DNA from: Planctomycetaceae bacterium
Lineage (GTDB): Bacteria > Planctomycetota > Planctomycetia > Pirellulales > Pirellulaceae
Reading direction: 5' to 3'
NCBI GenBank assembly: GCA_005773145.1
Contig: SXHS01000012.1
Span: 1-46,555 of the forward strand
DNA: 46,555 bases
Shown here: in pieces, positions 8,852 to 18,927 of the stretch
How the letters are laid out: each line of letters opens with the position of its first letter
How positions within the stretch are numbered: position 1 is the first letter of the stretch
Program-made: the position numbers and the translations under genes
The notes under the pieces: generated by a model
The model's database searches: none
The model's input: the letters and a program-made list of their open reading frames with translations, nothing else
Told to the model about the DNA's origin: nothing

Positions 8852-8876
8852 GGTTCGTCCTCCTCTTGGTTCAATA

Positions 8877-11264
8877 TCAAGGAACGCTACGGCCCGTAAG
8901 GGAATTGGCATCGACCAACTCCACCGAGGTCTCTGCATACACGGCGTCCCCTTCCAACGCAGCGACGGCCCGGACCAGCAAGGGCATGTTGAGCGGCCCG
9001 ACCACGTCGCCAAAGTGCAGTTGGAGAACGCCCTGGTCGGAGTCGGCCGGAATGACCAGCGGCTCAGCCGTCACTCCTTTCATATGGGCAGGTCGGACGA
9101 TTTCGATGGTGATGGGCACGGCCCCGAGCGCTCCGCGTGACACAGCCAATGGCAGCTCTTGCGTGGTCCCCGCAGCCGCCACGACCGAGGGATGCTCCGC
9201 GCGTACATTCATGGGGCACGGGGCGGTCAGCAAGGCAATTTGATTGCGAGTTTCGCCGGAGGCGAAGCTCACTCGATGCACGGATCCATCCCAGTCGGTC
9301 ACGTCACCGATCGCCATAATCATAGCTCGGGTCGTACGATTCATTTCCATCCAAGGGGGGACGCGCACGGGATACTCGATCTCTTCCACGCCAGCTGGAA
9401 CGCTCAGCACGGGCCCGGTGATGCCCTGCAGATGGCGGATTTGCCGATCAGCCAGTTCAAGAGTCAGCGGCCCGGAAAAACCATGGCGCACGACCTTGAA
9501 CTTGCGGCGATACACGGTACCGCGCGCGGCGTAGCGGAGTTGTAATTCGCCGCCATCCAATTCGAATGGAGTGGGCATGGCTACGGCCAGCATGAGCGAA
9601 TCATTCGCCTGTCCCTGAATCGAGAGAGGGGTGGTAGCCCGCCGCACCAGCGGCTGTTCGCCTAGTATGGTTTCCCCCTCGACATGCACCACGGTGGTTT
9701 GAATCTTCGGCTGCGTATTAGGATCCGTGCGCAACACGATTTCCGTTGCCGTCGCGCTGACCGGAATGACCGCATTCTCGATCGTAACGCCGGGGGGCAA
9801 CTGGGGGACACGTAGGGTGATGGCTCCCGCAAAACCGCCCATGCGCTCTGCGGACACCTTCAACTTGGCCTCCTTGCCACGCACCAGGGTGAGCGCATCA
9901 CTTGCCAACTGCAAGGAAAAATCGGGGGCGGATCGCAATGCCAAACGCATGCGATATCCAAAGTCCGGGCCGCCACGTGTGACGAGAACATCTTGAATGC
10001 GGACCACGTAGCGGCCATCCGCGGGGATCGCGAACTCACCGCGTGGCTCAATGCGATTGGCGACGCTACTTCCGGACTGCGCTATGGGCTGCCCGGAAAC
10101 TTCCTCCACGATCGTCAGTACGCCATCCAAAGACGAGCCCCACCGAGCCGCGGCAAGTGAGTATTCGACCACTTGCCCCTTGGTGGCGACGAAAGTCCAA
10201 GTGTCGGTCTCGCCCGCCGTGCGAATGCAACCGTTCAGGTGCGCCGGGAGCTGTACTTCGTTGGCCGAATCCGCCTCCGATTCACGCACTTCGGGGATGT
10301 CGCCCACGTCCAACAAGACCGGATTGGTGCTTTGACCTTGGATGGGCAGAGACATCCAAGTTGGTCCACTGCGATCGTTGGGGAGCGTGATCTGGATCTT
10401 GGATTCAGGAACATGTCCCATCAATTGCAATGAGACCGGCTCGCCACGTCGGCCGCCCAACGGAGCCACGTGATCCACGTAGGGGCCGGCGGTGATCGTC
10501 AATCGATACACAAAATCCTGCAGGCCACGATACTCCGCGTCCCAAATCGAGACTTGATAGAGGCCATCCGTTGGGGCCGTGAAGCGCAACCATGCATCCT
10601 TTTCGAAGTGATCATCATTTTCCGCCAAACGTTCGCCAGATGGGCCGCGCACTTGCACACAGGCGTCAAGCGGTGAAGCGATACGGGCTGCGCGCACTTC
10701 GCAGGTGATGCGCTCGCCGGCTTTGGCCGCGAACGTCCAGATATCCACGTCCTCTCTGGGAAAAATGCGTCCGTTGACCGTCACGGGCAGTTGGACCTGC
10801 TGCGGAATCGGTCGGCCGTCCATTTCGTCTTCCAACGCCTCGGGCAGTTCGCCAATCACGAACGGTCGACCGGCGGTGACCCCTTGAGACGTGGATACTC
10901 TCCAGAGCGAGTCCCCAAGGGGCGCATCCGGCGCGACATCAATCTTCACCGCATGATCCCGCGGATAGTCCTCCGGGGCCTGGGATGCCGGTTTGAGCAC
11001 CAAGGGGCCCTCGAACCAGCGGGTTGGAACTTCTACGACACGCGGGCCAGCGGCCAGTCCTTTGCCGCGAAGATCGAAAGCGGCCGAACCATGCAGGTAG
11101 TGTCCCCCCACGTGAACCGTGACCGATGTCCCGCGTTGGGCTCCAGCGGGATACATATAAGAAACTGTCGGCTCAATCGCCGTGATCGGCCGCGCGGCGA
11201 TCAGTCCCCACCAGCAGCCGAGGACCACGACCGTTCGTGGATGCCAGAATGGGAATGGCATCAT
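8877..11264 (-). CDS. Large secreted protein with two pre-peptidase C-terminal (PPC)-like domains
   Basis: Signal-like N-terminus. Two PPC-like segments are present (DVDIWTFAAKAGERITCEVRAARIASPLDACVQVRGPSGERLAENDD and ETDTWTFVATKGQVVEYSLAAARWGSSLDGVLTIV). Its start overlaps the DUF1501 stop by 4 nt. Confidence 0.7.
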   Translation of the reverse strand: MMPFPFWHPRTVVVLGCWWGLIAARPITAIEPTVSYMYPAGAQRGTSVTVHVGGHYLHGSAAFDLRGKGLAAGPRVVEVPTRWFEGPLVLKPASQAPEDYPRDHAVKIDVAPDAPLGDSLWRVSTSQGVTAGRPFVIGELPEALEDEMDGRPIPQQVQLPVTVNGRIFPREDVDIWTFAAKAGERITCEVRAARIASPLDACVQVRGPSGERLAENDDHFEKDAWLRFTAPTDGLYQVSIWDAEYRGLQDFVYRLTITAGPYVDHVAPLGGRRGEPVSLQLMGHVPESKIQITLPNDRSGPTWMSLPIQGQSTNPVLLDVGDIPEVRESEADSANEVQLPAHLNGCIRTAGETDTWTFVATKGQVVEYSLAAARWGSSLDGVLTIVEEVSGQPIAQSGSSVANRIEPRGEFAIPADGRYVVRIQDVLVTRGGPDFGYRMRLALRSAPDFSLQLASDALTLVRGKEAKLKVSAERMGGFAGAITLRVPQLPPGVTIENAVIPVSATATEIVLRTDPNTQPKIQTTVVHVEGETILGEQPLVRRATTPLSIQGQANDSLMLAVAMPTPFELDGGELQLRYAARGTVYRRKFKVVRHGFSGPLTLELADRQIRHLQGITGPVLSVPAGVEEIEYPVRVPPWMEMNRTTRAMIMAIGDVTDWDGSVHRVSFASGETRNQIALLTAPCPMNVRAEHPSVVAAAGTTQELPLAVSRGALGAVPITIEIVRPAHMKGVTAEPLVIPADSDQGVLQLHFGDVVGPLNMPLLVRAVAALEGDAVYAETSVELVDANSLTGRSVP

Positions 11265-12634
11265 GACAACAATCCGCGAATCACACGCCCATCGTTGACA
11301 ATCTTGACGGGACGCCCCTCAGGTGTGTGGAACTCGGCGTTCGGATCCACTCCCATCAGGTGATGAATCGTGGCCGCCAGGTCTTCTGGCCCATGGGGAT
11401 CCTCGGCCGGCTTCTCCGCGCGTTCATCCGTCTTGCCCACCACCACACCACCACGAATCCCACCTCCCCCCATGGCGATTGTGTAGGCTTGACTCCAGTG
11501 ATCGCCCCCCGCCTTGTCGTTGATGCGAGGCGTGCGTCCCATTTCGCTGGCTACGACGACCAAGGTTGTGTCCAGCAGGCCACGGTCGGCCAGGTCACGA
11601 AATAGCGTGGACAGCGAGGCATCCAGCAAGGGGAGCAAGTCGCGTTGCAGGTGGACGAAATTGTCTTCGTGGGTATCCCAGTCCACATGATGCACGGTGA
11701 CACAGCGCACTCCCGCCTCGACGAGTCGGCGTGCCATCAAGCAGGATTGCCCCAGTGTATTGCGGCCGTATTCATCACGCAGTCCTTCCGGCTCCTGTTG
11801 GATATCAAAGGCATGCTTCGACGTGGAGGACGTCATAAGTTCAAATGCCTTGCGGCGAAACACACTGGCCGACTCCGCTCCGCGATTGGCCCGCGCCTCG
11901 GCCCCCTTTTGGAAGCGATCGAGTCGCGCCAAGATTTCTTGTCGAGCTTCCAATCGCCGCGGATCGACATCCAGTGGCGGGGCAACGTCCCGTACGGTAA
12001 AGCCCGGCTCGTTGGGGTCGGCATTTACGGAGAACGGGGCGGCTGTGGGTCCGAGGTAAGCGGCGCCGCAACTCGGATGCGGATCCGGAACACACACATA
12101 AGGGGGGACCGAGCCCCGTGGACCGTGCCACTTGGAAAGAATCGACCCGTGCGACGGAAACTGATTGTTGAAGCTGAGGCCCCCAGCAAAACCGCCAATT
12201 GTCCTGTACCCCGTTAGTACATAATGATCCCCCGATACGTGGGTGGAATCGAGATGGGTGAACGATCGCAGCAGGGCGATCTTATCCATGTGCTGTGATG
12301 TGCGCGGCATGAGCTCCGAGATTTGGGTTCCGGGCACGTTGGTGGAGATGGGCTTAAATTCCCCACGAAACTCAGACGGCGCTTCGGGCTTCAAATCCCA
12401 GGTGTCAATGTGACTCAAACCACCTCGCAGGAAGACGAGGATCAGCGACTTTTCGCTCTCCGCGCCGCCGGCAACTCCATTGGGCGCACTGGCCAGCAGC
12501 GAACTCAGGGGCCACATGCCACCAAACAATCCCGCACTTCCCACCCGCAAGAAATCCCGACGTTGTAGCCCATCGCAAAACGTACCCCGTGTCGCCATTG
12601 GTGAATCCCTCGCACTCCACGTGACTCGTGTCAC
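11261..12634 (-). CDS. DUF1501 domain protein (sulfatase-fold, Tat signal)
   Basis: Twin-arginine motif RRDFLRVGSAGLFGG. DKAGGDHWSQAYTIAMGGGGIRGGVVVGKTD is typical of DUF1501. The GTG at 12634 shares 1 nt with the upstream stop. An alternative ATG is at 12598. Confidence 0.9.
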   Translation of the reverse strand: MTRVTWSARDSPMATRGTFCDGLQRRDFLRVGSAGLFGGMWPLSSLLASAPNGVAGGAESEKSLILVFLRGGLSHIDTWDLKPEAPSEFRGEFKPISTNVPGTQISELMPRTSQHMDKIALLRSFTHLDSTHVSGDHYVLTGYRTIGGFAGGLSFNNQFPSHGSILSKWHGPRGSVPPYVCVPDPHPSCGAAYLGPTAAPFSVNADPNEPGFTVRDVAPPLDVDPRRLEARQEILARLDRFQKGAEARANRGAESASVFRRKAFELMTSSTSKHAFDIQQEPEGLRDEYGRNTLGQSCLMARRLVEAGVRCVTVHHVDWDTHEDNFVHLQRDLLPLLDASLSTLFRDLADRGLLDTTLVVVASEMGRTPRINDKAGGDHWSQAYTIAMGGGGIRGGVVVGKTDERAEKPAEDPHGPEDLAATIHHLMGVDPNAEFHTPEGRPVKIVNDGRVIRGLLS

Positions 12635-15174
12635 TAATGGTTAAACGAAAACTCCAGCGTATTCATTAACGACCAGACCAAATCCTCAGTTGCCAAACGG
12701 CGGCCATCGGCGCCACGCGTATGATCTGCACGTGCCAGGTGTTCGAGTGCCGCCGCGGCCTCGTCGGCCGACGGTAGCCGGGCGAAGCCGGTCAGGTACA
12801 GTTCGTCCACCAACAATCGATCGTCGGGAATGGTTTGCATCCATGTGCGAATCCGACCTCCGTCGTGGCGCAATTTATCGTGAATCTCGGGTGCATTGAG
12901 CAAGTGTAGCACCTGCCCCACATTGGGCTCGACGGTGCGCTCACAAACGCAAGTGGTCTTGCGAGTCGGCCGGCCAAAGAGTGTGAGGAAATAGTGATCC
13001 AAGTCACTATCCCATTGCTCAATCGCCCGCCGCTGCGTGCCGGGAAATCGATCGGGCACCCCCGCCACCTGACTGACCGCGTCCAATAGCACTTCTGCGT
13101 CCAATTTCCGCAACAGGGATCGCGAGTAGTTCTGCTCATCCAACTCGTTCGTCTTATTGGGGGCGGACGACTGTTGATACGTCTCCGATGCCGTAATGGT
13201 TGCAATGAGGTCCTTCACATCGTATCGATGCGCCACAAAATGCTCGGCCAATGCGGTCAACAACTCGGGATTTGAGGGGGGATTCGTGTCGCGAAAATCA
13301 TCCACGGGCGTGACCAACCCACGTCCCAAGAAATGGGCCCAGACGCGATTGACGAAGTTGCGCGCGAACCAGGGATTTTCCGGACCGGTCATCCATTGGG
13401 CCAGCCCCCTGCGGGCGTCGCCGGCGGGGAGTTCCGCGGGGACCTGATTCCCCAGCGGATGCGCCATCACGTCTTTCCCCGACCGCGGGTTGGTGGACAT
13501 GAACGGCCCGGAAACCATGGTCATCTCACCACGCATCGTGGTTTGTCGCGTGAGAGGTTGAAAGTAGGCCGTCATGCCGTAGTAGTCATCCTGACTCCAT
13601 CGATCGTAGGGATGATGGTGGCACTGGGCGCAGGAGATGCGGATGCCCAAGAAAATCTGTGCCAAGGAACTGGCTGAATCTCCAGGCCCGTTGACGACCT
13701 TGAAAAAGTGGGCCTGTGGCGCCTGTGCCAAGCTTCCCTCGGCGGTCAATAGCTCGCGCACGAATTGGTCAAAAGGCTTGTTGACGGCGAACGCATCACG
13801 GATCCATCGATGGTAGGCATAGGCCCCCTTGCGTCCCAGCGAAAGACGATCCACGCGGAGGACATCGGCCCATTTCAGGGACCAGTAGTCCGCGTACTCG
13901 GGACGTTCCAGCAAACTGGCAACCGTCCGCTGCCGCTTGTCGGCACGCGTGTCCTCCAGGAAATTGCGTGCTTCAGCCGCCGTCGGCAACGTACCGATGA
14001 TATCCAGATAGACACGTCGCAGATAGGTCGCGTCGTCGGCCAGTCGTGATGATTTGATATGCAGTCGCTGCAGACGTGCTTGCACCAAGCGATCAATAAA
14101 ATGATCCGGAGCGGGAATGGGATCGTCCGACAGAGGTTCGGCGCGAGGTATAATCGCCTGAAACGTGTCGACCTCGCCGCTATAGCTAACCATGATGGCC
14201 ACTTGCCCGGGCGCCTGTCCGGTCTCGACCCAACCCGAATCATTGACTTGGGCCAACGCTTCATTGTTCGATTGGTAACGCGACATTTCGGTCACGTCGA
14301 CCTGGCTGCCATCGCTATAGCGTGCCATGACTCGCAGTTGCTGGGTTCCGCCCATGGTGAGCGTGCGCTCGCTGGGCTCCATCTCCACCGCCACGAGGTG
14401 CGGGGCGTCCGTAGCGCCAACGGGCGCTCCCGCTGCGATCCAACCGCGCAGGATCTCGTATTCCTTTGAGGCACGCGTGAACCGCTGCCCACCCCCATGT
14501 GGGATCTCTCCGGTAGCCTTGGTCAGCAAGAGGCTCCGCTCCGGAGCGGCGGGAAAAATTCGCCGCCCACGTCGATCGTGGCTGAGCGCGCTGCGATCCG
14601 CAATTGGATCCGATCCGAATACGGACAATTTGAATCCGTTCTGCCCTTCGGCTTTGCCGTGACAGGCAGACATGTTGCAACTAGTTCGACTGAGCAACGG
14701 CACAATGTCATTTTCAAAATGGTACGTGCGAGGCTGTTTTGTACCACTCACCCTCACGGGAACCACACGGCGATGATCTCCCATCTGCGCATGAATCTCG
14801 GCGTCGCCGTCGTCATGCGCCTCGAGCACTCCGGTCGCGCTGATCGTCACGACTTTCGGGTCGGAGCTCTGGTAGTGCACGTCCCGCGTCACGTCCCGCC
14901 ATTGGCCGTCCTTTAGTTGCGCGTCAACGCGCAGTCCGCGTGTCGATCGGTGACCAACCAAAGGGATTGGGCCCCCCTCGGGATAGATGGCGATCCCAAC
15001 AATCGATGCGGAGTCACTCGGTCTTGCCGGCTTTTCGCTGGGGCTGCGATCAGCAGCCCAGGCACCCCCCCAGGACAGAATGCACCAGCCGATCAGCAGC
15101 TGGCCTATTGCAGCACGGCAGCGACGTGTGCCACCTCGACGATGCTTACGACAGGGGAGAATCAGGATGTGCAT
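12634..15174 (-). CDS. DUF1549/DUF1553 (PSCyt2/PSD1) protein with an N-terminal Ig-like (Big_2) domain
   Basis: CHGKAEGQNGFKLSVFG (DUF1549 heme-like motif). ISCAQCHHHPYDRWSQDDYYGM (DUF1553). VTISATGVLEAHDDGDAEIHAQMG (Big_2-like). The ATG at 15174 gives a signal-like start, and the ORF is open to 15321. Confidence 0.9.
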   Translation of the reverse strand: MHILILPCRKHRRGGTRRCRAAIGQLLIGWCILSWGGAWAADRSPSEKPARPSDSASIVGIAIYPEGGPIPLVGHRSTRGLRVDAQLKDGQWRDVTRDVHYQSSDPKVVTISATGVLEAHDDGDAEIHAQMGDHRRVVPVRVSGTKQPRTYHFENDIVPLLSRTSCNMSACHGKAEGQNGFKLSVFGSDPIADRSALSHDRRGRRIFPAAPERSLLLTKATGEIPHGGGQRFTRASKEYEILRGWIAAGAPVGATDAPHLVAVEMEPSERTLTMGGTQQLRVMARYSDGSQVDVTEMSRYQSNNEALAQVNDSGWVETGQAPGQVAIMVSYSGEVDTFQAIIPRAEPLSDDPIPAPDHFIDRLVQARLQRLHIKSSRLADDATYLRRVYLDIIGTLPTAAEARNFLEDTRADKRQRTVASLLERPEYADYWSLKWADVLRVDRLSLGRKGAYAYHRWIRDAFAVNKPFDQFVRELLTAEGSLAQAPQAHFFKVVNGPGDSASSLAQIFLGIRISCAQCHHHPYDRWSQDDYYGMTAYFQPLTRQTTMRGEMTMVSGPFMSTNPRSGKDVMAHPLGNQVPAELPAGDARRGLAQWMTGPENPWFARNFVNRVWAHFLGRGLVTPVDDFRDTNPPSNPELLTALAEHFVAHRYDVKDLIATITASETYQQSSAPNKTNELDEQNYSRSLLRKLDAEVLLDAVSQVAGVPDRFPGTQRRAIEQWDSDLDHYFLTLFGRPTRKTTCVCERTVEPNVGQVLHLLNAPEIHDKLRHDGGRIRTWMQTIPDDRLLVDELYLTGFARLPSADEAAAALEHLARADHTRGADGRRLATEDLVWSLMNTLEFSFNH

Positions 15175-15301
15175 GCGGCGGGTCCCAGGATCGGACGGTC
15201 GGACGAGCCAGAGGAGATGGGCTCCGCAAGGCTCACGCACGCCCCTCATTATGCCCGCCAGACGCAGCAACCGCAATGCAGGACTCGGATAAAAGCCCGA
15301 T

Positions 15302-16234
15302 TTATCGAGATCGCCGCCCAATGCCGCGCCACCCCCCTACGACTGTCGTGACCGAACCATGCCCGGCATTCGGGACCCCAGCAACGCCTTGGCAGCCCAC
15401 GGAGCTGACATTCGACCACTGCCAGCAGCCAGCGATCCCCTGGACGGGGCCACCAACAATCGCCGAGTGGAGGGCACAGCGACCCGACCCTAGCTCCGAC
15501 GGGCAACCGCCGGTCGGCGGCAGGGGATAGAGCAGAATGGAGCGATACCACACTTCGCTATCGTGATCGGTCAGCATGATGCGGCCGCACCGGTGGCGAG
15601 CGAATCCCGGCACATCCGAAAATTTGCTGGCCGCCAGCCGTCGACACCAATCCGGACCACACAGACATGCTCGCACCACGCAGTGCCCATTCAGCCAATG
15701 CTCGACATGGTACCCGCGTGCCACGATCCGGCTTTGATTGAATTTTCCCGGTGGCGCCAAAAGTTTCGCAGTATCCACCTCATATAAGTCGTACAGGGCG
15801 CCGGCGCGATGTAGCGGGTCGGCAGCATCCGGCAATGATTGGTTGTCGATCATTTGGTATTCAAAACCCAAGGTCTCGCTCCCGTATTGGCGCACGCGAT
15901 ACTTGATCCCGTTGTTGCCGCCAGGGGCTACCCGCCACTCAAACTCCAGGCAGAAGTCGTCGAATGCGAGGTCCGTGAAGATGTCCCCCTGCTTGCCAAC
16001 CTCGGGAGTCAGGTGCAACATGCCATCCACGACATTCCATTCGCGAACCCCTGTTTCCGCATGAACCGGTTCCCAGCCGTTTAGGGTTGCGCCGTCGAAT
16101 AGCATCCACGCCGATTGAGCACGTGCTTCCAAGGAGCCGACAAGGGTCGCCCCGATGAGTATGCCGTAGACCACCCAACGCAACAGGGCCAGGACTAGGG
16201 CGGCGATCGGCTGCATGATTGCGGTGCCCGTCAT
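15302..16234 (-). CDS. DUF1080 (3-keto-disaccharide hydrolase-like) protein with a Gly/Cys-rich C-terminal tail
   Basis: LFDGATLNGWEPV..WNVVDGMLHL..GDIFTDLAFDDFCLEFEWRV..GGNNGIKYR..GFEYQMIDN..GALYDLY..GRIMLTDHDSEVWYRSI. About 73 extra residues follow the domain. Confidence 0.8.
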   Translation of the reverse strand: MTGTAIMQPIAALVLALLRWVVYGILIGATLVGSLEARAQSAWMLFDGATLNGWEPVHAETGVREWNVVDGMLHLTPEVGKQGDIFTDLAFDDFCLEFEWRVAPGGNNGIKYRVRQYGSETLGFEYQMIDNQSLPDAADPLHRAGALYDLYEVDTAKLLAPPGKFNQSRIVARGYHVEHWLNGHCVVRACLCGPDWCRRLAASKFSDVPGFARHRCGRIMLTDHDSEVWYRSILLYPLPPTGGCPSELGSGRCALHSAIVGGPVQGIAGCWQWSNVSSVGCQGVAGVPNAGHGSVTTVVGGWRGIGRRSR

Positions 16235-16381
16235 GGGGTCGAGTCCGGCATATTGGGTCCGGCGACATCGCCGGATTTTTTAGTCTCGACATCATAATCG
16301 ACACACACCAGGCCGTATACCCTCATGCGAGGTGCCTCCGCTTCATTCAACCAGCGGATATGGGGAGGCCCTAGTTATGGT

Positions 16382-16906
16382 TCAACGTAGCGGTGGTTTT
16401 CCCAGCAGGCGCCGCAGCAGGCCGATTTGTCCCGCATGCAACATCTCGTGATCGGCGCAGAAACGAAGCGCGCCCAAGCGTGTGTCGAACATCGGATGGG
16501 GCTGCGGTAAGGTCTCCAGGAGCCGGGCCTCCGACAGGGTTGGCACTTCACGCAAGACCTGCTGATGCACGCGGTCCAACACGGCTAGGATTTCCGCGAC
16601 GGGGGGATTCTGGTCGGGATTGGGATCCGGCGTGGATCCCTTGCCAAAATGGCGGCGAAACTCGCGTGAGATCACCTCGCGGTCGCCGGGTTGTGAGTCC
16701 CGAACCCGCGCCAGCGCCAATGCGTACTCGGCCATGGCCAAGTGCCCCAGCTGCCAGGCAATATGGGTCACCCCCTCGGCCGGTTGTCGAAAATAATCAG
16801 CGTCGGTTAAGTCCTGGGTTAATTCCAAAGTGTAGAGTCGCGCGCGATCCATTCGAGCCAGTGCATCATCACGCCAAGCACTCTCGACCATGCCATCACT
16901 CCTCAT
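16382..16906 (-). CDS. DinB-family (DinB_2) metal-dependent protein
   Basis: THIAWQLGHLAMAEY and CADHEMLHAGQIGLLRRLLG match the His-triad helices of DinB-like proteins. The ATG at 16906 is chosen, and the ORF is open to 17032. Confidence 0.75.
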   Translation of the reverse strand: MRSDGMVESAWRDDALARMDRARLYTLELTQDLTDADYFRQPAEGVTHIAWQLGHLAMAEYALALARVRDSQPGDREVISREFRRHFGKGSTPDPNPDQNPPVAEILAVLDRVHQQVLREVPTLSEARLLETLPQPHPMFDTRLGALRFCADHEMLHAGQIGLLRRLLGKPPLR

Positions 16907-17115
16907 GACGCGGCGGCAGCCACCGTTAGGGGACACCGTCCAACCCAGCCGTCCATGCGCCCCGACCATCCACGGAGGTTGACCAGTAGAATCGTGGGGA
17001 TGCGGCCAGTATGCAGGCACAGAGTGTAGCAACTTCCTGGGGCGTCGAATAGTTCCAAGATCCGAAGTTGCTCGTCGCGCACGGCGACATTGGTCTCATT
17101 CGCCCCAGGAGACGA

Positions 17116-17952
17116 TCAAGCGATGCGGTCTTGCATAAATTCACGCCAGACCAGCCGAGGAAAGGCAACGGCATCGCGGAGATATCGGCGCATGAGACGC
17201 CGCGGCTCACTGGCAACTCGGTGCAGCCACTCCATCCCCAGGCGTTGCATCCATCGCGGCGCCCGCTTTTTTTCCCCTGCCAGAAAGTCAATCGTGGCGC
17301 CGACGCAGAGGGCCACCTTGGCGTTGAGCTGGTCTTGATGTGCTTGGACCCACAGTTCTTGCTTGGGCGCGCCCAGACCCACCACCAACACATCGACCGA
17401 CTGTTGAGCAATCCGCCTCACGATTTCTTGGCATTCGTCTGGTTGGTGTTCGAAACCCAGCGGAGGACTGTAGGTCCCCACGACCGTTGCATGAGGCCAG
17501 CGCTGTGCCATCTGCTGTGCAGCACGCTCCGGTACGCCTGGCGCGCCCCCCAACAGAAACACTGAAATCGGCCGGTCGACGGAGGTCGCCTGAAACAAGG
17601 CCGGCACTAGATCCGATCCCGCTACACGCTCAGGCAACGGTTTGCCCAACCACCGCGCCACCGCGACGACGGGAGCACCATCGGCCAAGACCAAATCGGC
17701 CTGGCGATAGGCCTGCCGCAGATCCTCCCGCGATTGAAGAAGGACCACATGATCCACGTTCGGCGTGACCACATAGCGGCATGGAGCGGCGGGGCCCTCG
17801 ATCCACAGCATAATTCGCGTCACGGCTTCCGCGAGCGACAGTGGATCCATCTGCACGCCGAACAACGGCACGCGGCGTGTTGAGTCGTCTTCATGAGACG
17901 TCCAATCGCGCGCATCCCATCGTTTCGTGTCGCACAACAATTCTGTTGCCAT
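17116..17952 (-). CDS. WecB/TagA/CpsF-family glycosyltransferase (GT26)
   Basis: VVTPNVDHVVLL, ADLVLADGAPVVAVARWLG, VFLLGGAPGV, LVVGLGAPKQELW, VGATIDFLAGEKKRAPRWMQRLGMEWLHRVASEPRRL. The ATG at 17952 is chosen, with an alternative GTG at 18075. Confidence 0.9.
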   Translation of the reverse strand: MATELLCDTKRWDARDWTSHEDDSTRRVPLFGVQMDPLSLAEAVTRIMLWIEGPAAPCRYVVTPNVDHVVLLQSREDLRQAYRQADLVLADGAPVVAVARWLGKPLPERVAGSDLVPALFQATSVDRPISVFLLGGAPGVPERAAQQMAQRWPHATVVGTYSPPLGFEHQPDECQEIVRRIAQQSVDVLVVGLGAPKQELWVQAHQDQLNAKVALCVGATIDFLAGEKKRAPRWMQRLGMEWLHRVASEPRRLMRRYLRDAVAFPRLVWREFMQDRIA

Positions 17953-18061
17953 GCCCTCTCCTTCACACTCGCTCACACATTGCACGGGCGGACAAGCCGC
18001 CCAGGGCACCGACAAGCTGCCCGTGTCATCCAGACCCGACGGGACCTCTCGGTCCTTCAAT

Positions 18062-18874
18062 CTAGTACGCTCCACGGCCTGACAGCACCGACCCAGGTGT
18101 CTTAATAAGCAATTTCAGGTCCGTCCGCATCGATTGATTCCTTACATACCACAAATCCAACCGAACCCAATCTTCAAAGCCAATCTCACTCCGTCCACTC
18201 ACTTGCCACAGGCAAGTCAACCCGGGCATCACAGCCAAGCGGCGACGCTGCCAGCGTTGGTATTGGGCCACCTCCTTCGCCAAGGGGGGGCGTGGGCCAA
18301 CCATGGACATGTGTCCTAACAGGACGTTGATGAGTTGCGGTGTTTCATCCAAACTGGTGCGACGCAGCCAGCGGCCGACGGTCGTGATCCGAGGGTCATG
18401 ACGATTCTTGAAGATCGGTCCGTCCGTGTGCTGATTGCGCACGAGCGATTGCAGCCGATCGGCGTCAAGCCGCATCGTGCGAAACTTGATCATGGGGAAT
18501 GGAAGGCCGCGAAACCCCACCCGCTTTTGCACAAAGAAGGGATGGCCTCCGGTGGTCACCGTCAATACCACTGTGATGGTCAACAACAAGGGGGATAGAA
18601 TCGCCAACAGCAGCAGGGAGCCGAGCAAGTCCAGGCACCTCTTAGAAACGGCAAAGCATCGGGATCGATTTCCTTCAGGGAGCACCAACGGTTCATTTTC
18701 CCGCAATCGTTCTTGGAACAGTGAGAATTCGGTGGAGGGGCCGGTGATCCATCGCCGACGTGTTTCCATCAAACGATCGTCGCAATTCGAAGTCGCCGTT
18801 GGAGCCGCTTGAGAAATCGTGGTCCCTTCAGGAAGGGGGGAATCGATCGTATGCAACAGAGAGGGAGTCATCAT
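18062..18874 (-). CDS. Polyprenyl-phosphate glycosyl-1-phosphate transferase (bacterial sugar transferase, EPS initiating enzyme)
   Basis: KRCLDLLGSLLLLAILSPLLL..PFFVQKRVGFRG..FPMIKFRTM..DETPQLINVLLGHMSMVGPRPP..PGLTCLWQVSGRS..DLWYVRNQSMRTDLKLL. Confidence 0.92.
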   Translation of the reverse strand: MMTPSLLHTIDSPLPEGTTISQAAPTATSNCDDRLMETRRRWITGPSTEFSLFQERLRENEPLVLPEGNRSRCFAVSKRCLDLLGSLLLLAILSPLLLTITVVLTVTTGGHPFFVQKRVGFRGLPFPMIKFRTMRLDADRLQSLVRNQHTDGPIFKNRHDPRITTVGRWLRRTSLDETPQLINVLLGHMSMVGPRPPLAKEVAQYQRWQRRRLAVMPGLTCLWQVSGRSEIGFEDWVRLDLWYVRNQSMRTDLKLLIKTPGSVLSGRGAY

Positions 18875-18927
18875 GTACGTCTCGGGGGTTCAGCGGGCAA
18901 GATTGCACGAGCGGACTGGTTTGTGAC

